This document shows positions 1 to 8,695 of a stretch of 64,000 bases of DNA, one piece after another (the stretch's first letter is position 1; every line of letters starts with the position of its first letter). This stretch comes from a virus. Taxonomy: Duplodnaviria; Caudoviricetes. Location of the stretch: positions 14,597 through 78,596 of IMG/VR virus record IMGVR_UViG_3300037797_000133; one strand, given 5' to 3'. The translations under genes and the position numbers were made by a program. The notes beneath the pieces are model-generated. The model was not told the origin of the DNA, did not search any database, and saw only the letters and a list, made by a program, of their open reading frames with translations.

Positions 1-57
1 CGGCGAAGGCATCCACATCGGCGGGGACAACGTCGCCGACACGACGGGGGAGGGGCC

Positions 58-249
58 GTGAACGGTGGACCCGATCGCCAGGACCGCCCAGTGGCTGGTC
101 CCTCTGGTGTGTCTGGCCTGCGTCGTGGCTGGTCTCGTCGATGCCATGGTCGGCCGTTAGCTGACGTGGCGCTCCTGCTCGTCGGCCCGGTCGCCGTCAT
201 CGGCGTGGCCGCCGTCGCCTACCTGATCGCCACGGGGCGGATCCGATGA
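58..249 (+). CDS. small membrane protein
   Basis: C-terminal hydrophobic helix (ALLLVGPVAVIGVAAVAYLIA); ATGA overlap with next gene. Confidence 0.5.
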   Translation: MNGGPDRQDRPVAGPSGVSGLRRGWSRRCHGRPLADVALLLVGPVAVIGVAAVAYLIATGRIR

Positions 250-395
250 TCGTCCTCGACCACGACCCCCTAACCGACGAGGACCGCACCCTGGCCGGCC
301 CCGTCGAGCGGCGCATCCTCGCTGCGATCGACGAGTCGGAGCGGCTCGCCGCCGAGGAGGACGCCTGGCGGCGTCTGGCAGGGGAGGCGTCGTGA
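246..395 (+). CDS. hypothetical protein (49 aa)
   Basis: Read manually: MIVLDHDPL...GEAS*; coupled start/stop overlaps on both sides. Confidence 0.6.
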   Translation: MIVLDHDPLTDEDRTLAGPVERRILAAIDESERLAAEEDAWRRLAGEAS

Positions 396-568
396 TCGGC
401 CTCGCCTTCGGGGCGGTCCGTCACCGGATCGGCCTCCTCGTCGTCATCGCGGTGATCATCGTCTTCGCCACCGGCCTCCCCCTGCGGGTCGAGGAGCACT
501 TCGCCCCCGTCGACAACCCGTACGACGACACCCCCACGACCACCGAACCGGAGGTGGCATCACCGTGA
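392..568 (+). CDS. small single-TM protein, possible spread (Spd)-like accessory
   Basis: Read manually: MIGLAFGAVRHRIGLLVVIAVIIVFATGLP...; GTGA overlaps; precedes DUF2637 and TraB-like genes. Confidence 0.55.
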   Translation: MIGLAFGAVRHRIGLLVVIAVIIVFATGLPLRVEEHFAPVDNPYDDTPTTTEPEVASP

Positions 569-1638
569 GCAGCGCCAACGGACAGCGCTACGCCGAAGGC
601 GACATCTTCACCGTCTGGCGCGACCAGACCGAGGAGTACGTCGAGGAAGAGGGCAGGGTCGCCGCCCGGCGCACCACCACCGAACGGCGCCCCCGTACGC
701 CCACCGCCGCCGAGGGACGGGAGGCCGCAGGGTCGCTCCTCTTCGACGGGATCACCGCCCTCGGCATCGCGGTCCTTGGGCTCATCGGCTTCTACGTGAG
801 CTTCTCGACGGTCCGCGACTCGGCGGTCGGCCAGTCGTTCGGGTCGAAGGCGTGGGCGCTCCCGCTCACCGTCGACGCCGGCATCGCCGTCTTCACCGCC
901 CTCGACCTCCGCATGGCCGCCCACGGCATGCGCGCCCGCTGGGTGCGCGTGTTCCCGTGGGCGCTCAACGGCATCACCGTCTACCTGAACGGCGCCGAGC
1001 AGGCCACGTGGGCCGGCAAGATCGGCCACGCCGCCCTGCCGTTCATGTGGATCGGCGCCGTCGAGGCCGTCGCCCTCATCGTGAAGCGTCGCACCCAAGG
1101 CCCCAAGCCTGAGGTCGACCAGATCCCCCGGGCCCGCTGGCTGCTCGCCCCCGGCCCGACCCTGCTGCTGTGGCGGCGCATGCGCCTGTGGGGCGTCACG
1201 TCCTACGACGAGGCGCTCGAGCGCGAGTGCGACCGTCGCCTCGTCCGGGCCCGTCTCGCCCAGCAGCACGGTTCGCTGCGCAAGCTCCCGGCCGAGACCA
1301 GGGAGCTGTACCGGATGGGCAAGCTCCGGGCCACCGACGTCGTCCTGGAGGTGCCCGCGGTCGTCACGGTCGACCCGCCGGCCGCTCCTGCGGCCCCTGA
1401 GGCGCCCGTGGCGGCTCCGACGCTCGTCGCCGTCCCTGCACTGCCGCCGGCCGATGAGGCCCGCCGGGAGGACGTTGAGACGGCCGCCCGCCGGATCGTC
1501 CGCGACCAGTTCGACGGCAAGTGCCCCGGCCGCCCCACCCTCACCGCCGCCCTCAAGGCCGACGGACACACGATCAGCAACGCCGACGCCGCCGACCTGG
1601 TGCGCCGGCTGAAGGCCGAAGGGAACGACAGTGCTTGA
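565..1638 (+). CDS. DUF2637-type membrane protein of actinomycete plasmid/AICE transfer regions
   Basis: About 4 TM helices, AWALPLTVDAG, IPRARWLLAPGPTLLLWRRMRLW motif, Pro/Ala linker, C-terminal HTH-like segment. Confidence 0.75.
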   Translation: MSSANGQRYAEGDIFTVWRDQTEEYVEEEGRVAARRTTTERRPRTPTAAEGREAAGSLLFDGITALGIAVLGLIGFYVSFSTVRDSAVGQSFGSKAWALPLTVDAGIAVFTALDLRMAAHGMRARWVRVFPWALNGITVYLNGAEQATWAGKIGHAALPFMWIGAVEAVALIVKRRTQGPKPEVDQIPRARWLLAPGPTLLLWRRMRLWGVTSYDEALERECDRRLVRARLAQQHGSLRKLPAETRELYRMGKLRATDVVLEVPAVVTVDPPAAPAAPEAPVAAPTLVAVPALPPADEARREDVETAARRIVRDQFDGKCPGRPTLTAALKADGHTISNADAADLVRRLKAEGNDSA

Positions 1639-3898
1639 CCGCGAGGACAAGTCGCTGCGCCGCATACTCGAGCGCCGTAGTGGCCGGTACGTCAACGACG
1701 ACCTCGCCGACGACATGCTCGGCCACATGGGCGTCGGCCCCGTCGCCGCCACCGTCGTCGAAGACGTCGACTGGGACGAGGAGCTGTCCGAGCTCGAAGA
1801 CGTCATCGACGTCGAGCCGATCGACCCGCCCGGCGATCTGCCCGACCGCGGGGCACCGAAGCTGCCCCGGGCGGACCGGGAGTCCCGGCCGGTTCTGCCC
1901 GCCTGGCTCGACGCCCCGAAGGCAGCGGTCAAGCAGCGCTGCCGGGACCTCAAGCACGACGTGAAGTTCCACGCCACCCGGGCGCCGTCCTACGCCGGTC
2001 GGGCCGTGAAGTACGCGCCCGCTGGCGTGGGCCGCACCTACCGGGGCCTGTACCGCTGGGCGACCGACTACGAGTCGGCGCCCGCCCGGTACCTGGAGGC
2101 GCAGCGGGGCAACACGTCCGCGTACCTGGCGCTCGCTCAGCAGCGAGACGAGCGGGTGCATGACCGGCGGTTCCTGGCGATGGGTCTCGGCTGCCTACTG
2201 CCGCTCACGGTCCTCGCCGTCTGGTTCGGGCTGACCGGACCGGAGCTGCCCGGACAGACCCGCCTCGTTGCCTTCGTGGCGGCCCTTGTGACGGTCGTGG
2301 TCCTCGGCCATATCGGGGCACCGGAGGACAAGCCGATCGTCGAGTCGGCCGCCGCCGGCCCGGCACGCCGCCGGATCACCTGGTCGATGCTGCGGGCCGC
2401 GTTCGAGGCCGAGGGCGTGAAGCTGTCCAAGGCCCGCCCCGACGGCGCCCCCGCCGACCCGGCTCGAGAGATGACGCTCGTCCGGGAGATCTCCCGCGAC
2501 GCCCGAGACACCGGCTACGTGGCGACGATCGACCTGCCGTTGGGCAAGACCGCGGCGGACGCCATGGCGAAGCGGGACAAGATCGCCTCCGGGCTGTCCG
2601 TCTCCCGGGCCCAGGTGCACATCACCCCCGACGCGGACAGCGAGCGGCGCATCAACATCTACGTCGCCGACGTCGACCCGTTCACCCGCCCTCGCCGGGT
2701 CTCCCCGTTGGCGTCGCTGCGCCAGCTCGACTTCTGGGAGGGCTTCGACTTCGGCACCAACGCCAAGGGCGAACCGGTCCGGCTCAAGCTCGTGTGGACG
2801 CACCTGCTCGTCGCCGCCATCCCCCGGATGGGCAAGAGCTACGCCGCGCTCATCGCCGCGTGCGCCGCCGCCCTCGACCCGCGGGTGCGGATCATCATCC
2901 TCAACGGCAAGAAGGGCGCCTGGCGTCACCTCGCCAAGGTCTGCCACCGCTACGTGGCCGGCGCCCGCGACGAGGCCGTCCTCTACGTGCTGCGCACCCT
3001 GCGCGAGTGCAAGGCCGACATCGACGCCCGCGGCGACCGCATCGAGGAACTCGACGAAAAGTACGGCTACGGCGACAAGCTCGTCCCGCAGGTCGCCTCC
3101 GACCCGAGCCAGGGCATGCCCCTCGTCGCGATCTTCATCGACGAAGCGCAGCGCTACATCGGGCACGGACAGTACGGCGGCGAGATCCTCGCCCTCTTGA
3201 AGGACATCGCCAAGGTCGGACCCTCGGCCGGCTACATGCTGATCGTCGCTGTCCAGAAGCCGACCGGCGACGTCATCGACACCGACCTCCGGGACAACAT
3301 GGGGCTCCGCTACGTGCTCCGCATGAAGACCTCGGCGGGTTCGAAGGCGGCGCTCGGCGAGATCACCCCGGGCTTCGACCCGGTGCAGTTCTCGGACAGG
3401 CACAAGGGCGTCGGGGTGCTCGACGGGTCGGACAACGAGGAAGAGTCGCTCGACGGCGCGGACATCGACATTGTCCGCACGGACAGCCTCGACATGGCGA
3501 TGGTCGAGGAGATCGCGGACAGGGCCCATGCTGTCCGGACAGGCATGAACAAGCTGTCCGGCTACGCAGCGGGCGACGACCTGTCCGAGGAGTCGACGCC
3601 GTTCCTGCTGCTCGACCACCTGTCCGACGCCATCAAGCTCGGCGAGGACAAGGTGTGGTCAGCCGATCTGATCCGCCGCATCGCGGACAGTCACCCCGAG
3701 GCGTACGACGGCTGGTCGCCCGACGACCTGGCCAACCACCTGAAGCCGTACGGGGTCGAGACGATCCAGATCAGCCGCACCGTCACGGACCCTGAGACGG
3801 GCGTGAAGCGCCAGAAGAACTGGCGTGGCGTCGCCGTCGCGGACCTCACCGAGGCCTACAACCGGGAGATGGCGAAGCGCGCCGCGCTCGGCCAGTGA
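1631..3898 (+). CDS. traB: FtsK/SpoIIIE-family DNA translocase, Streptomyces TraB/AICE type
   Basis: Two N-terminal TMs, Walker A variant LLVAAIPRMGKS, Walker B AIFIDEAQ, VAVQKP, LRYVLRM, C-terminal wHTH-like domain (KVWSADLIRRIA...LKPYGVETIQI...NWRGV). Confidence 0.85.
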   Translation: MLDREDKSLRRILERRSGRYVNDDLADDMLGHMGVGPVAATVVEDVDWDEELSELEDVIDVEPIDPPGDLPDRGAPKLPRADRESRPVLPAWLDAPKAAVKQRCRDLKHDVKFHATRAPSYAGRAVKYAPAGVGRTYRGLYRWATDYESAPARYLEAQRGNTSAYLALAQQRDERVHDRRFLAMGLGCLLPLTVLAVWFGLTGPELPGQTRLVAFVAALVTVVVLGHIGAPEDKPIVESAAAGPARRRITWSMLRAAFEAEGVKLSKARPDGAPADPAREMTLVREISRDARDTGYVATIDLPLGKTAADAMAKRDKIASGLSVSRAQVHITPDADSERRINIYVADVDPFTRPRRVSPLASLRQLDFWEGFDFGTNAKGEPVRLKLVWTHLLVAAIPRMGKSYAALIAACAAALDPRVRIIILNGKKGAWRHLAKVCHRYVAGARDEAVLYVLRTLRECKADIDARGDRIEELDEKYGYGDKLVPQVASDPSQGMPLVAIFIDEAQRYIGHGQYGGEILALLKDIAKVGPSAGYMLIVAVQKPTGDVIDTDLRDNMGLRYVLRMKTSAGSKAALGEITPGFDPVQFSDRHKGVGVLDGSDNEEESLDGADIDIVRTDSLDMAMVEEIADRAHAVRTGMNKLSGYAAGDDLSEESTPFLLLDHLSDAIKLGEDKVWSADLIRRIADSHPEAYDGWSPDDLANHLKPYGVETIQISRTVTDPETGVKRQKNWRGVAVADLTEAYNREMAKRAALGQ

Positions 3899-3903
3899 TC
3901 CGT

Positions 3904-4068
3904 CGCTACGCGTAGCACCCCCAGCCGCTACGCGTAGCACTAGTGCTAGCACCTGAGACTGGTTCTCACCTGGGCCTTAGCGGGCTAGCACCAGATCTGC
4001 GACTCCGCCGAAACCGTGCCGGGGGGCCGGTTCTCGGTGGGGTCGCAGCAGCCGCTACCCGCTACGCG
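3904..4068. repeat. repeat cluster directly downstream of traB (candidate clt locus)
   Basis: CGCTACGCGTAGCAC at 3904 and 3926; palindrome GTGCTAGCAC 3943-3952; TAGCAC at 3913, 3935, 3947, 3986; CGCTAC again near 4053 and 4060. Confidence 0.6.
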
Positions 4069-4088
4069 ACCCCACCCAGGAGACCGCC

Positions 4089-4505
4089 ATGCACGTCCAC
4101 TACGAGATCTCCCAGAAGCGCTCCACCGAAGGCCACCTGCGGCTCACCGCCGAGCAGGAGCACGACTACAAGAAGGCCCGCACCGACGAGCAGCGCAAGG
4201 CCGCCGTCCGGGCCGCGATCCTCGCCCACGCCGACGAGACCGACGACTGGGCATACGACGACCTGCTGACCCTGTCCGCTGTCCCCGACGACGCCGACCA
4301 CCCGCTGCTCGTCGAAGCCGACAAGCTGCGGACAGGCCGACTTGTCCGCCGCGAGGAGCGCCTGCGGACAGCGCTGCTGTCCGGCGGGCTGTCCGAGGAG
4401 GACGAGCTGCGGCTGTCCGCCACCCGCGCTGTCCTGTCCGACCGCGGCGAGATCCTCGAAGACTGCCCGGGCCTCCCGGACATCGAGCACCTCGACTGGG
4501 CCTGA
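4089..4505 (+). CDS. hypothetical protein
   Basis: AGGAGA RBS, GC3-rich coding pattern, 138 aa. Confidence 0.75.
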   Translation: MHVHYEISQKRSTEGHLRLTAEQEHDYKKARTDEQRKAAVRAAILAHADETDDWAYDDLLTLSAVPDDADHPLLVEADKLRTGRLVRREERLRTALLSGGLSEEDELRLSATRAVLSDRGEILEDCPGLPDIEHLDWA

Positions 4506-4563
4506 CCAGACCCTGTCCGTTTGCCCGACACAACCCGGGCCCGCGGGGCTACCGTCGGGAGGC

Positions 4564-4749
4564 ATGCGGTACACGGCAGCGGTGAAGACGGCAGAGCGAC
4601 TCCCGCGCCGCACGCTCGAGCAGCGGGCGGAGCGGCTGCTGCGGGTGTGGGAGAACCTCGGCGACAAGATGTCCCGCGGCGACCGGATCAAGCTCGCCGC
4701 CGCACGGGAGGCGCTCAACCTTCCGCCGCTCTACGGGCTCGAGCCCTGA
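4564..4749 (+). CDS. hypothetical basic protein
   Basis: GGAGG RBS before ATG 4564; ends at terminator hairpin. Confidence 0.65.
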   Translation: MRYTAAVKTAERLPRRTLEQRAERLLRVWENLGDKMSRGDRIKLAAAREALNLPPLYGLEP

Positions 4750-4798
4750 ACGCCCTGAGGCCCCGCACCGGACGTACCGGGCGGGGCCTCAGGGCGTT
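4749..4798. terminator. bidirectional hairpin terminator between convergent operons
   Basis: 18-bp perfect stem AACGCCCTGAGGCCCCGC / GCGGGGCCTCAGGGCGTT. Confidence 0.8.
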
Positions 4799-4807
4799 GG
4801 GGCCGGG

Positions 4808-4972
4808 TCACGTTCTCGTCGGCCGCCGGAGGGTGGAGACGACAGCGAGGCACAGCACGATCACGGCGACGCAGGCGAACAGCAGCCAGCCGTGAACGAT
4901 CACCCAGTCGGCCATCGACCCGGTCGGGCCGGCCTCGGGGTCCTCGGCGAACCAGGCGCGTAGGTCAAGCAT
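4808..4972 (-). CDS. small single-TM protein
   Basis: MLDLRAW... with hydrophobic helix WLLFACVAVIVLCLAVV; RBS AGGAGA. Confidence 0.6.
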   Translation of the reverse strand: MLDLRAWFAEDPEAGPTGSMADWVIVHGWLLFACVAVIVLCLAVVSTLRRPTRT

Positions 4973-5162
4973 CGGGGTCTCCTGGTCGTTGCGTGTGGTC
5001 GGGTCGTAGGGCCCGTGCGGCGATGGCGGCCCGCCGGCGGGTGGGCTGGCAGACCGCACAGGGGGTGTGGGTGGCGTGTTCGTTGACGGCGTCGGGGTGG
5101 TAGCCGCAGTCCTCGGCGAGCAACGCCCGCAGGATCCGGTCGACGTCGTCGCCGTCAGGCAT
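4965..5162 (-). CDS. hypothetical phage protein
   Basis: MPDGDDVDRIL...; overlapping chain of minus-strand genes. Confidence 0.55.
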   Translation of the reverse strand: MPDGDDVDRILRALLAEDCGYHPDAVNEHATHTPCAVCQPTRRRAAIAARALRPDHTQRPGDPDA

Positions 5163-5439
5163 CGTCGTCGTCCGTCGTGGCGTGAATGAGCGGGCGGCCC
5201 TCGGCGTCGTAGGCGCAGGCACCGTGCTGGCCGCACTCGGGACACGGGTTGGCGAGGCGCCGCTCCAGCTCGTACTCGGCGGCGTCCGGGAGGTTCGGGT
5301 CGTCCTCGGGGTCGTACGGCTGGTCAGGTCCGTCCTGGCCGAGGACGTGGACCCAGAACTCGCCGTCGTCCATCGCGTCGCGCAGGTCCGCCTCGGGGCA
5401 GAGCGGCACGCCGGCGGCGTCGACGAGGTGGCCGCTCAC
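5155..5439 (-). CDS. hypothetical protein with CxxC...C motif
   Basis: CPECGQHGACAYD; acidic; GTGA coupling. Confidence 0.7.
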   Translation of the reverse strand: MSGHLVDAAGVPLCPEADLRDAMDDGEFWVHVLGQDGPDQPYDPEDDPNLPDAAEYELERRLANPCPECGQHGACAYDAEGRPLIHATTDDDDA

Positions 5440-5684
5440 GCTGCGGCTTCCTGCTCGTCGAGGAACGCCTGCACCGCTGCGTGGTTACTGAGGCAGCGGG
5501 CCAGGAACTGGCCGACCTCGAACTCGTCGAAAGCCGTGCAGATCGGGACGTCAGGCCGCTTGCCCGTCACGGGCCGGACGATCGACCAGCCCTTCGGGTA
5601 GGTGCGGGCGACGGTGTCGCCGATCACGTCGTCGTCGTCGGCGAACAGCTCGTAGTGGCCCTCGGGGAACGGGAGGCCGCTCAC
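5436..5684 (-). CDS. hypothetical phage protein
   Basis: GTGA-coupled ORF, 82 aa. Confidence 0.7.
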   Translation of the reverse strand: MSGLPFPEGHYELFADDDDVIGDTVARTYPKGWSIVRPVTGKRPDVPICTAFDEFEVGQFLARCLSNHAAVQAFLDEQEAAA

Positions 5685-5896
5685 TGGTCCAACCAGACGA
5701 TGTCCGTTCGGCCGTTGTGTCCGTGGACGTGCTCGACCGCTGCGGCGCCCTTGTCGTGGAACACCACGGAGGTGGGCCAGTCGGTGAGCCAGCGGAGCGC
5801 CACAACCCCGTCGTCGAACTCGACGCCCTGCGCGACGACTCCGTCGCCGGAGACCCCGCTGACGTCCTCGTGTCGGTGTAGCTCGAATCGCCTCAC
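5681..5896 (-). CDS. small phage protein
   Basis: RFELHRHEDVSGVSGDGVVAQGVEFDDG...HGHNGRT, a pattern I recognise from actinophage early genes. Confidence 0.75.
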   Translation of the reverse strand: MRRFELHRHEDVSGVSGDGVVAQGVEFDDGVVALRWLTDWPTSVVFHDKGAAAVEHVHGHNGRTDIVWLDQ

Positions 5897-5954
5897 GTTC
5901 GTTCTCCAGTTCGTTCGGTTGCCCTGGCTTCCGGGGGAGTGGAGCCAGCGCGGG

Positions 5955-6095
5955 TCACTTCTCGATGCGGGTGGGGCGGCGGGACAGCAGCAGGGCTACG
6001 ACCACACCGGCGGCGATAACGACCGCCACGGCCAGCCCGCAGGCGGCGAGGTCTCGTAGGCCCGCCATCCACTGTTCGTGGGTCGTGGCGGTCAC
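5955..6095 (-). CDS. small single-TM protein
   Basis: MTATTHEQW...LAVAVVIAAGVVVALLL. Confidence 0.55.
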   Translation of the reverse strand: MTATTHEQWMAGLRDLAACGLAVAVVIAAGVVVALLLSRRPTRIEK

Positions 6096-6331
6096 CACGG
6101 CTGGTCCTCGCGGGGGAGGGGCGGCAGCCGGTCGAAGCGCTCGACCCGGATGCGGGAGGGGGTGCGCTCGGCCGGGGTCACCGGTTTTCGCCGCAGCCGC
6201 TCCCTGACCCGGCGGGCCAGGGACTCGACCCCGTGGTGGGACAGGAGGCACAGCCCGAGGGCGGCCGCCAGGCACCGGAACCAGCCGGTGTCCCACGCGG
6301 CCACCAGGTCCGCCCACGCCACCGCGGTCAC
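6092..6331 (-). CDS. small membrane protein
   Basis: MTAVAWADL...CLAAALGLCLL; GTGA overlaps. Confidence 0.55.
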   Translation of the reverse strand: MTAVAWADLVAAWDTGWFRCLAAALGLCLLSHHGVESLARRVRERLRRKPVTPAERTPSRIRVERFDRLPPLPREDQPW

Positions 6332-6771
6332 GCCACGCCCTCCGGCTTGCCGACCGCCGGGTGCGACCCGGACTGCTCCTGGCGCTCCTCGTAGGCGAGG
6401 CGGGCGCACTGGTCCTCGACCGCCGCCGCCGCTCGCTGCACCTCCCGGCGCTCACCGACCCAACGGCAGATCCCGACCTCGGCGACCACGGCACCGTCGG
6501 GCCGGGCGTAGACCACCGGCACCGTCTCCGCCGTGACGTAGATCGAAGCCAGCGCGTCGCGCTCGGCCTCGAGCCGCTCGACGTCACCGGCCAGCCGGTC
6601 GGCGAGGTCCATCGCGGTGGCGTGTGCCTCCCAGGCGATGCCGACCTCGCGGGACAGCTCCCCGATGATCTTGGCGCCTTCGTTCTCGCGCTGGTCGTCG
6701 TAGCGGATGTGGCCGACTTCGGTGAGCCACCGGTCGCCCCGCTCCCGGGCGGTCTCCCCGTTGGTGCTCAT
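6328..6771 (-). CDS. hypothetical coiled-coil protein
   Basis: MSTNGETARE...; ATGA/GTGA coupling. Confidence 0.65.
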   Translation of the reverse strand: MSTNGETARERGDRWLTEVGHIRYDDQRENEGAKIIGELSREVGIAWEAHATAMDLADRLAGDVERLEAERDALASIYVTAETVPVVYARPDGAVVAEVGICRWVGERREVQRAAAAVEDQCARLAYEERQEQSGSHPAVGKPEGVA

Positions 6772-6989
6772 GACGCCACCCGCAGGGGCGCCGACTCGCC
6801 GAACACCGCGAGCTCGGCCGGCGACAGCGGCTCCGGCGGGCGTTGCCGCGACGGGACCCGGGACGTCGCGTCCACCCACCAGGCGCCTTCACGCACCCAG
6901 CCGGCGACGCAACGGTCGCCGATCCCGGCTCGCACCCGCAGACGGCTGACCGCCGCCGGCTCGGGGGGAGCCATCGCGTGCCGGCTCAT
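6768..6989 (-). CDS. hypothetical protein
   Basis: ATGA-coupled ORF. Confidence 0.5.
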   Translation of the reverse strand: MSRHAMAPPEPAAVSRLRVRAGIGDRCVAGWVREGAWWVDATSRVPSRQRPPEPLSPAELAVFGESAPLRVAS

Positions 6990-7153
6990 GACGCCACCCG
7001 GTGCTGCTCGTGGCCGATCGCCATGAACCGGACCGCAGCCCTGCCCGCCACCGGGTCCGCCACGTCGGCGAGCCGGTCAGCTTCGGCCTCGGTGATGTGG
7101 CCGGCGACGAGACCGCGGGCGATCTCGTCGAGCCGTGCAGTGACCGGGCTCAC
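6986..7153 (-). CDS. hypothetical protein (55 aa)
   Basis: Read manually: MSPVTARLDEIARG...RVAS*; fills the chain with 4-bp overlaps. Confidence 0.55.
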   Translation of the reverse strand: MSPVTARLDEIARGLVAGHITEAEADRLADVADPVAGRAAVRFMAIGHEQHRVAS

Positions 7154-7416
7154 AGCTCACCGCCGAGCGCCTTGGCGACGGCTTCGAGCACGACGTAGGC
7201 GTCGCGTTCGACCGCGTCGCTCGGCCACTGGTAGCCGTTCTCCTCGGCGAGTCGCCTGCCGCCGGCGGGGGTGAACCGGGGGAGCAGCTCTGCGAGCTTG
7301 CCGAGGATCTCGTCCACGTCGCCCGGGTCGTCGCCCACGTAGGAGCCGAGCAGCGCACGGACATCGTTGCGTGCCCCGGCCAGCTCCTCGGCCTCGACGG
7401 GATCGGGGGTGGTCAC
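7150..7416 (-). CDS. hypothetical protein
   Basis: MTTPDPVEAEEL...; GTGA coupling. Confidence 0.65.
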   Translation of the reverse strand: MTTPDPVEAEELAGARNDVRALLGSYVGDDPGDVDEILGKLAELLPRFTPAGGRRLAEENGYQWPSDAVERDAYVVLEAVAKALGGEL

Positions 7417-7622
7417 GACGTCACCCGCTGGTTCCACTCGACCGACTCGGCGACCACGTCGTCGAAGTCCGAGATCGAGCCGGGGTCGATCAGCTCACCG
7501 AGGTCGGTGTCGTAGCCGAGCCGCAGGGCGGACACGTGGCAATCCATGCACCACGTGCTGCCGTCCTTCAGGCGGACGTCGGCGTGGTCGCCGCAGGACT
7601 CGCAGCGCTTGATCGCGGTCAC
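7413..7622 (-). CDS. small zinc-ribbon protein
   Basis: CESC...CMDC; RBS AAGGAGAG. Confidence 0.7.
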   Translation of the reverse strand: MTAIKRCESCGDHADVRLKDGSTWCMDCHVSALRLGYDTDLGELIDPGSISDFDDVVAESVEWNQRVTS

Positions 7623-7689
7623 TGGCTCTCTCCTTGCTGGTTGGGGATGGAGGCCTCCGGCTCGCGGGGAGCACGAGCCGGTGGCCAGA

Positions 7690-7917
7690 TCAGGTGTCGG
7701 GGGTCAGGACGATCTCGAAGTAGGCGGTGTCGTCGCAGGCGCGGAACCGGCCCTCGGCCTTGCCTGTGACGACCGCGTCGCCGTCGAACACGCCGAACGC
7801 CTCGACGATCTGCATCAGGTGGTTGAGGCCGTCCGGCCACACGGTGCACAGCGGCTTCGACGGCAGCCCGGACGTCGACAGGCGCACCTCGATCGGGCAC
7901 TCACGGGTCTCGCTCAC
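7690..7917 (-). CDS. hypothetical protein
   Basis: MSETRECPIEVRL...; GTGA coupling. Confidence 0.6.
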   Translation of the reverse strand: MSETRECPIEVRLSTSGLPSKPLCTVWPDGLNHLMQIVEAFGVFDGDAVVTGKAEGRFRACDDTAYFEIVLTPDT

Positions 7918-8138
7918 CGGGCCTCCTCGGGGTCCTCGTCGGAGACGACGATCGAGCCGTCGTCGCGGCGGGTCACCCACTGGCCCGGCCAGATCGGGAT
8001 CACCTGGCCGTCGGCGAGGCACAGGAACGGGTGGTGGCCGGGGCCTTCGTCGGCGCAGTCGGCGACGAACTCCATGCCGGTCAGCTCGGCGATCTCCGCG
8101 CAGTTCAGGTGCGGCTCGTACCGGAGGGACCGGCTCAC
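7914..8138 (-). CDS. hypothetical protein
   Basis: MSRSLRYEPHLNC...; GTGA coupling. Confidence 0.6.
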   Translation of the reverse strand: MSRSLRYEPHLNCAEIAELTGMEFVADCADEGPGHHPFLCLADGQVIPIWPGQWVTRRDDGSIVVSDEDPEEAR

Positions 8139-8695
8139 CGGACACCCGCCGGGGCGGCGGCGTCGAGGTGCGAGTACATGCGGGTCAGCAAGTCCTGATC
8201 CCACCGGGTCGGGTAGGCGTTCACACACGGGCCGTCCACCGAGCCGTGCGACAGGCCGAGACCGTGGCCGAGCTCGTGGCAGATCCCGTTCGCCAGGGCC
8301 GCGAGGTTCTGGCCGCGCCGGTTGTCGAACACCGCGTACGTGTTCGGGCTCGTCACGATCCGTTCGCCGATCGCCGCCTGCGGTGCCAGACCGCCGTTGC
8401 GGGCCTCACCGCGCACCGGGAGACAGTTCTCGCCCGACCGGCAGGTGCGGACCACCATCGAGATCCGCGGGTTCGCGTTCCACCGCGCCACCGCGTTCAC
8501 GACGGCGGGACGGAGGACCTCGGCCGACGGGGTGACCTGCACGACCACCAGCGTCTGCGCCCCCGACGACCGGCCCCAGTGGCGACCCGAGTCCCGCGAC
8601 GTCTCCGCAGCAGACACGGCACCGGTCAGGACGACCACAGCGAGCACCAGGCCGACAGCGGCAGCCAAGGAGCAGCGGATGCGGGAGGCAGTCAT
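8135..8695 (-). CDS. secreted zinc metalloprotease (metzincin/matrixin-like)
   Basis: Signal peptide-like N-terminus (SLAAAVGLVLAVVVLTGAVSAA) and HELGHGLGLSH = HExxHxxGxxH. Confidence 0.8.
   Translation of the reverse strand: MTASRIRCSLAAAVGLVLAVVVLTGAVSAAETSRDSGRHWGRSSGAQTLVVVQVTPSAEVLRPAVVNAVARWNANPRISMVVRTCRSGENCLPVRGEARNGGLAPQAAIGERIVTSPNTYAVFDNRRGQNLAALANGICHELGHGLGLSHGSVDGPCVNAYPTRWDQDLLTRMYSHLDAAAPAGVR

Noticed and set aside
3904-3991. Repeat cluster as a mini CRISPR array
   Set aside because: Repeats are 15 bp or shorter with 7-bp spacing, far from CRISPR geometry.
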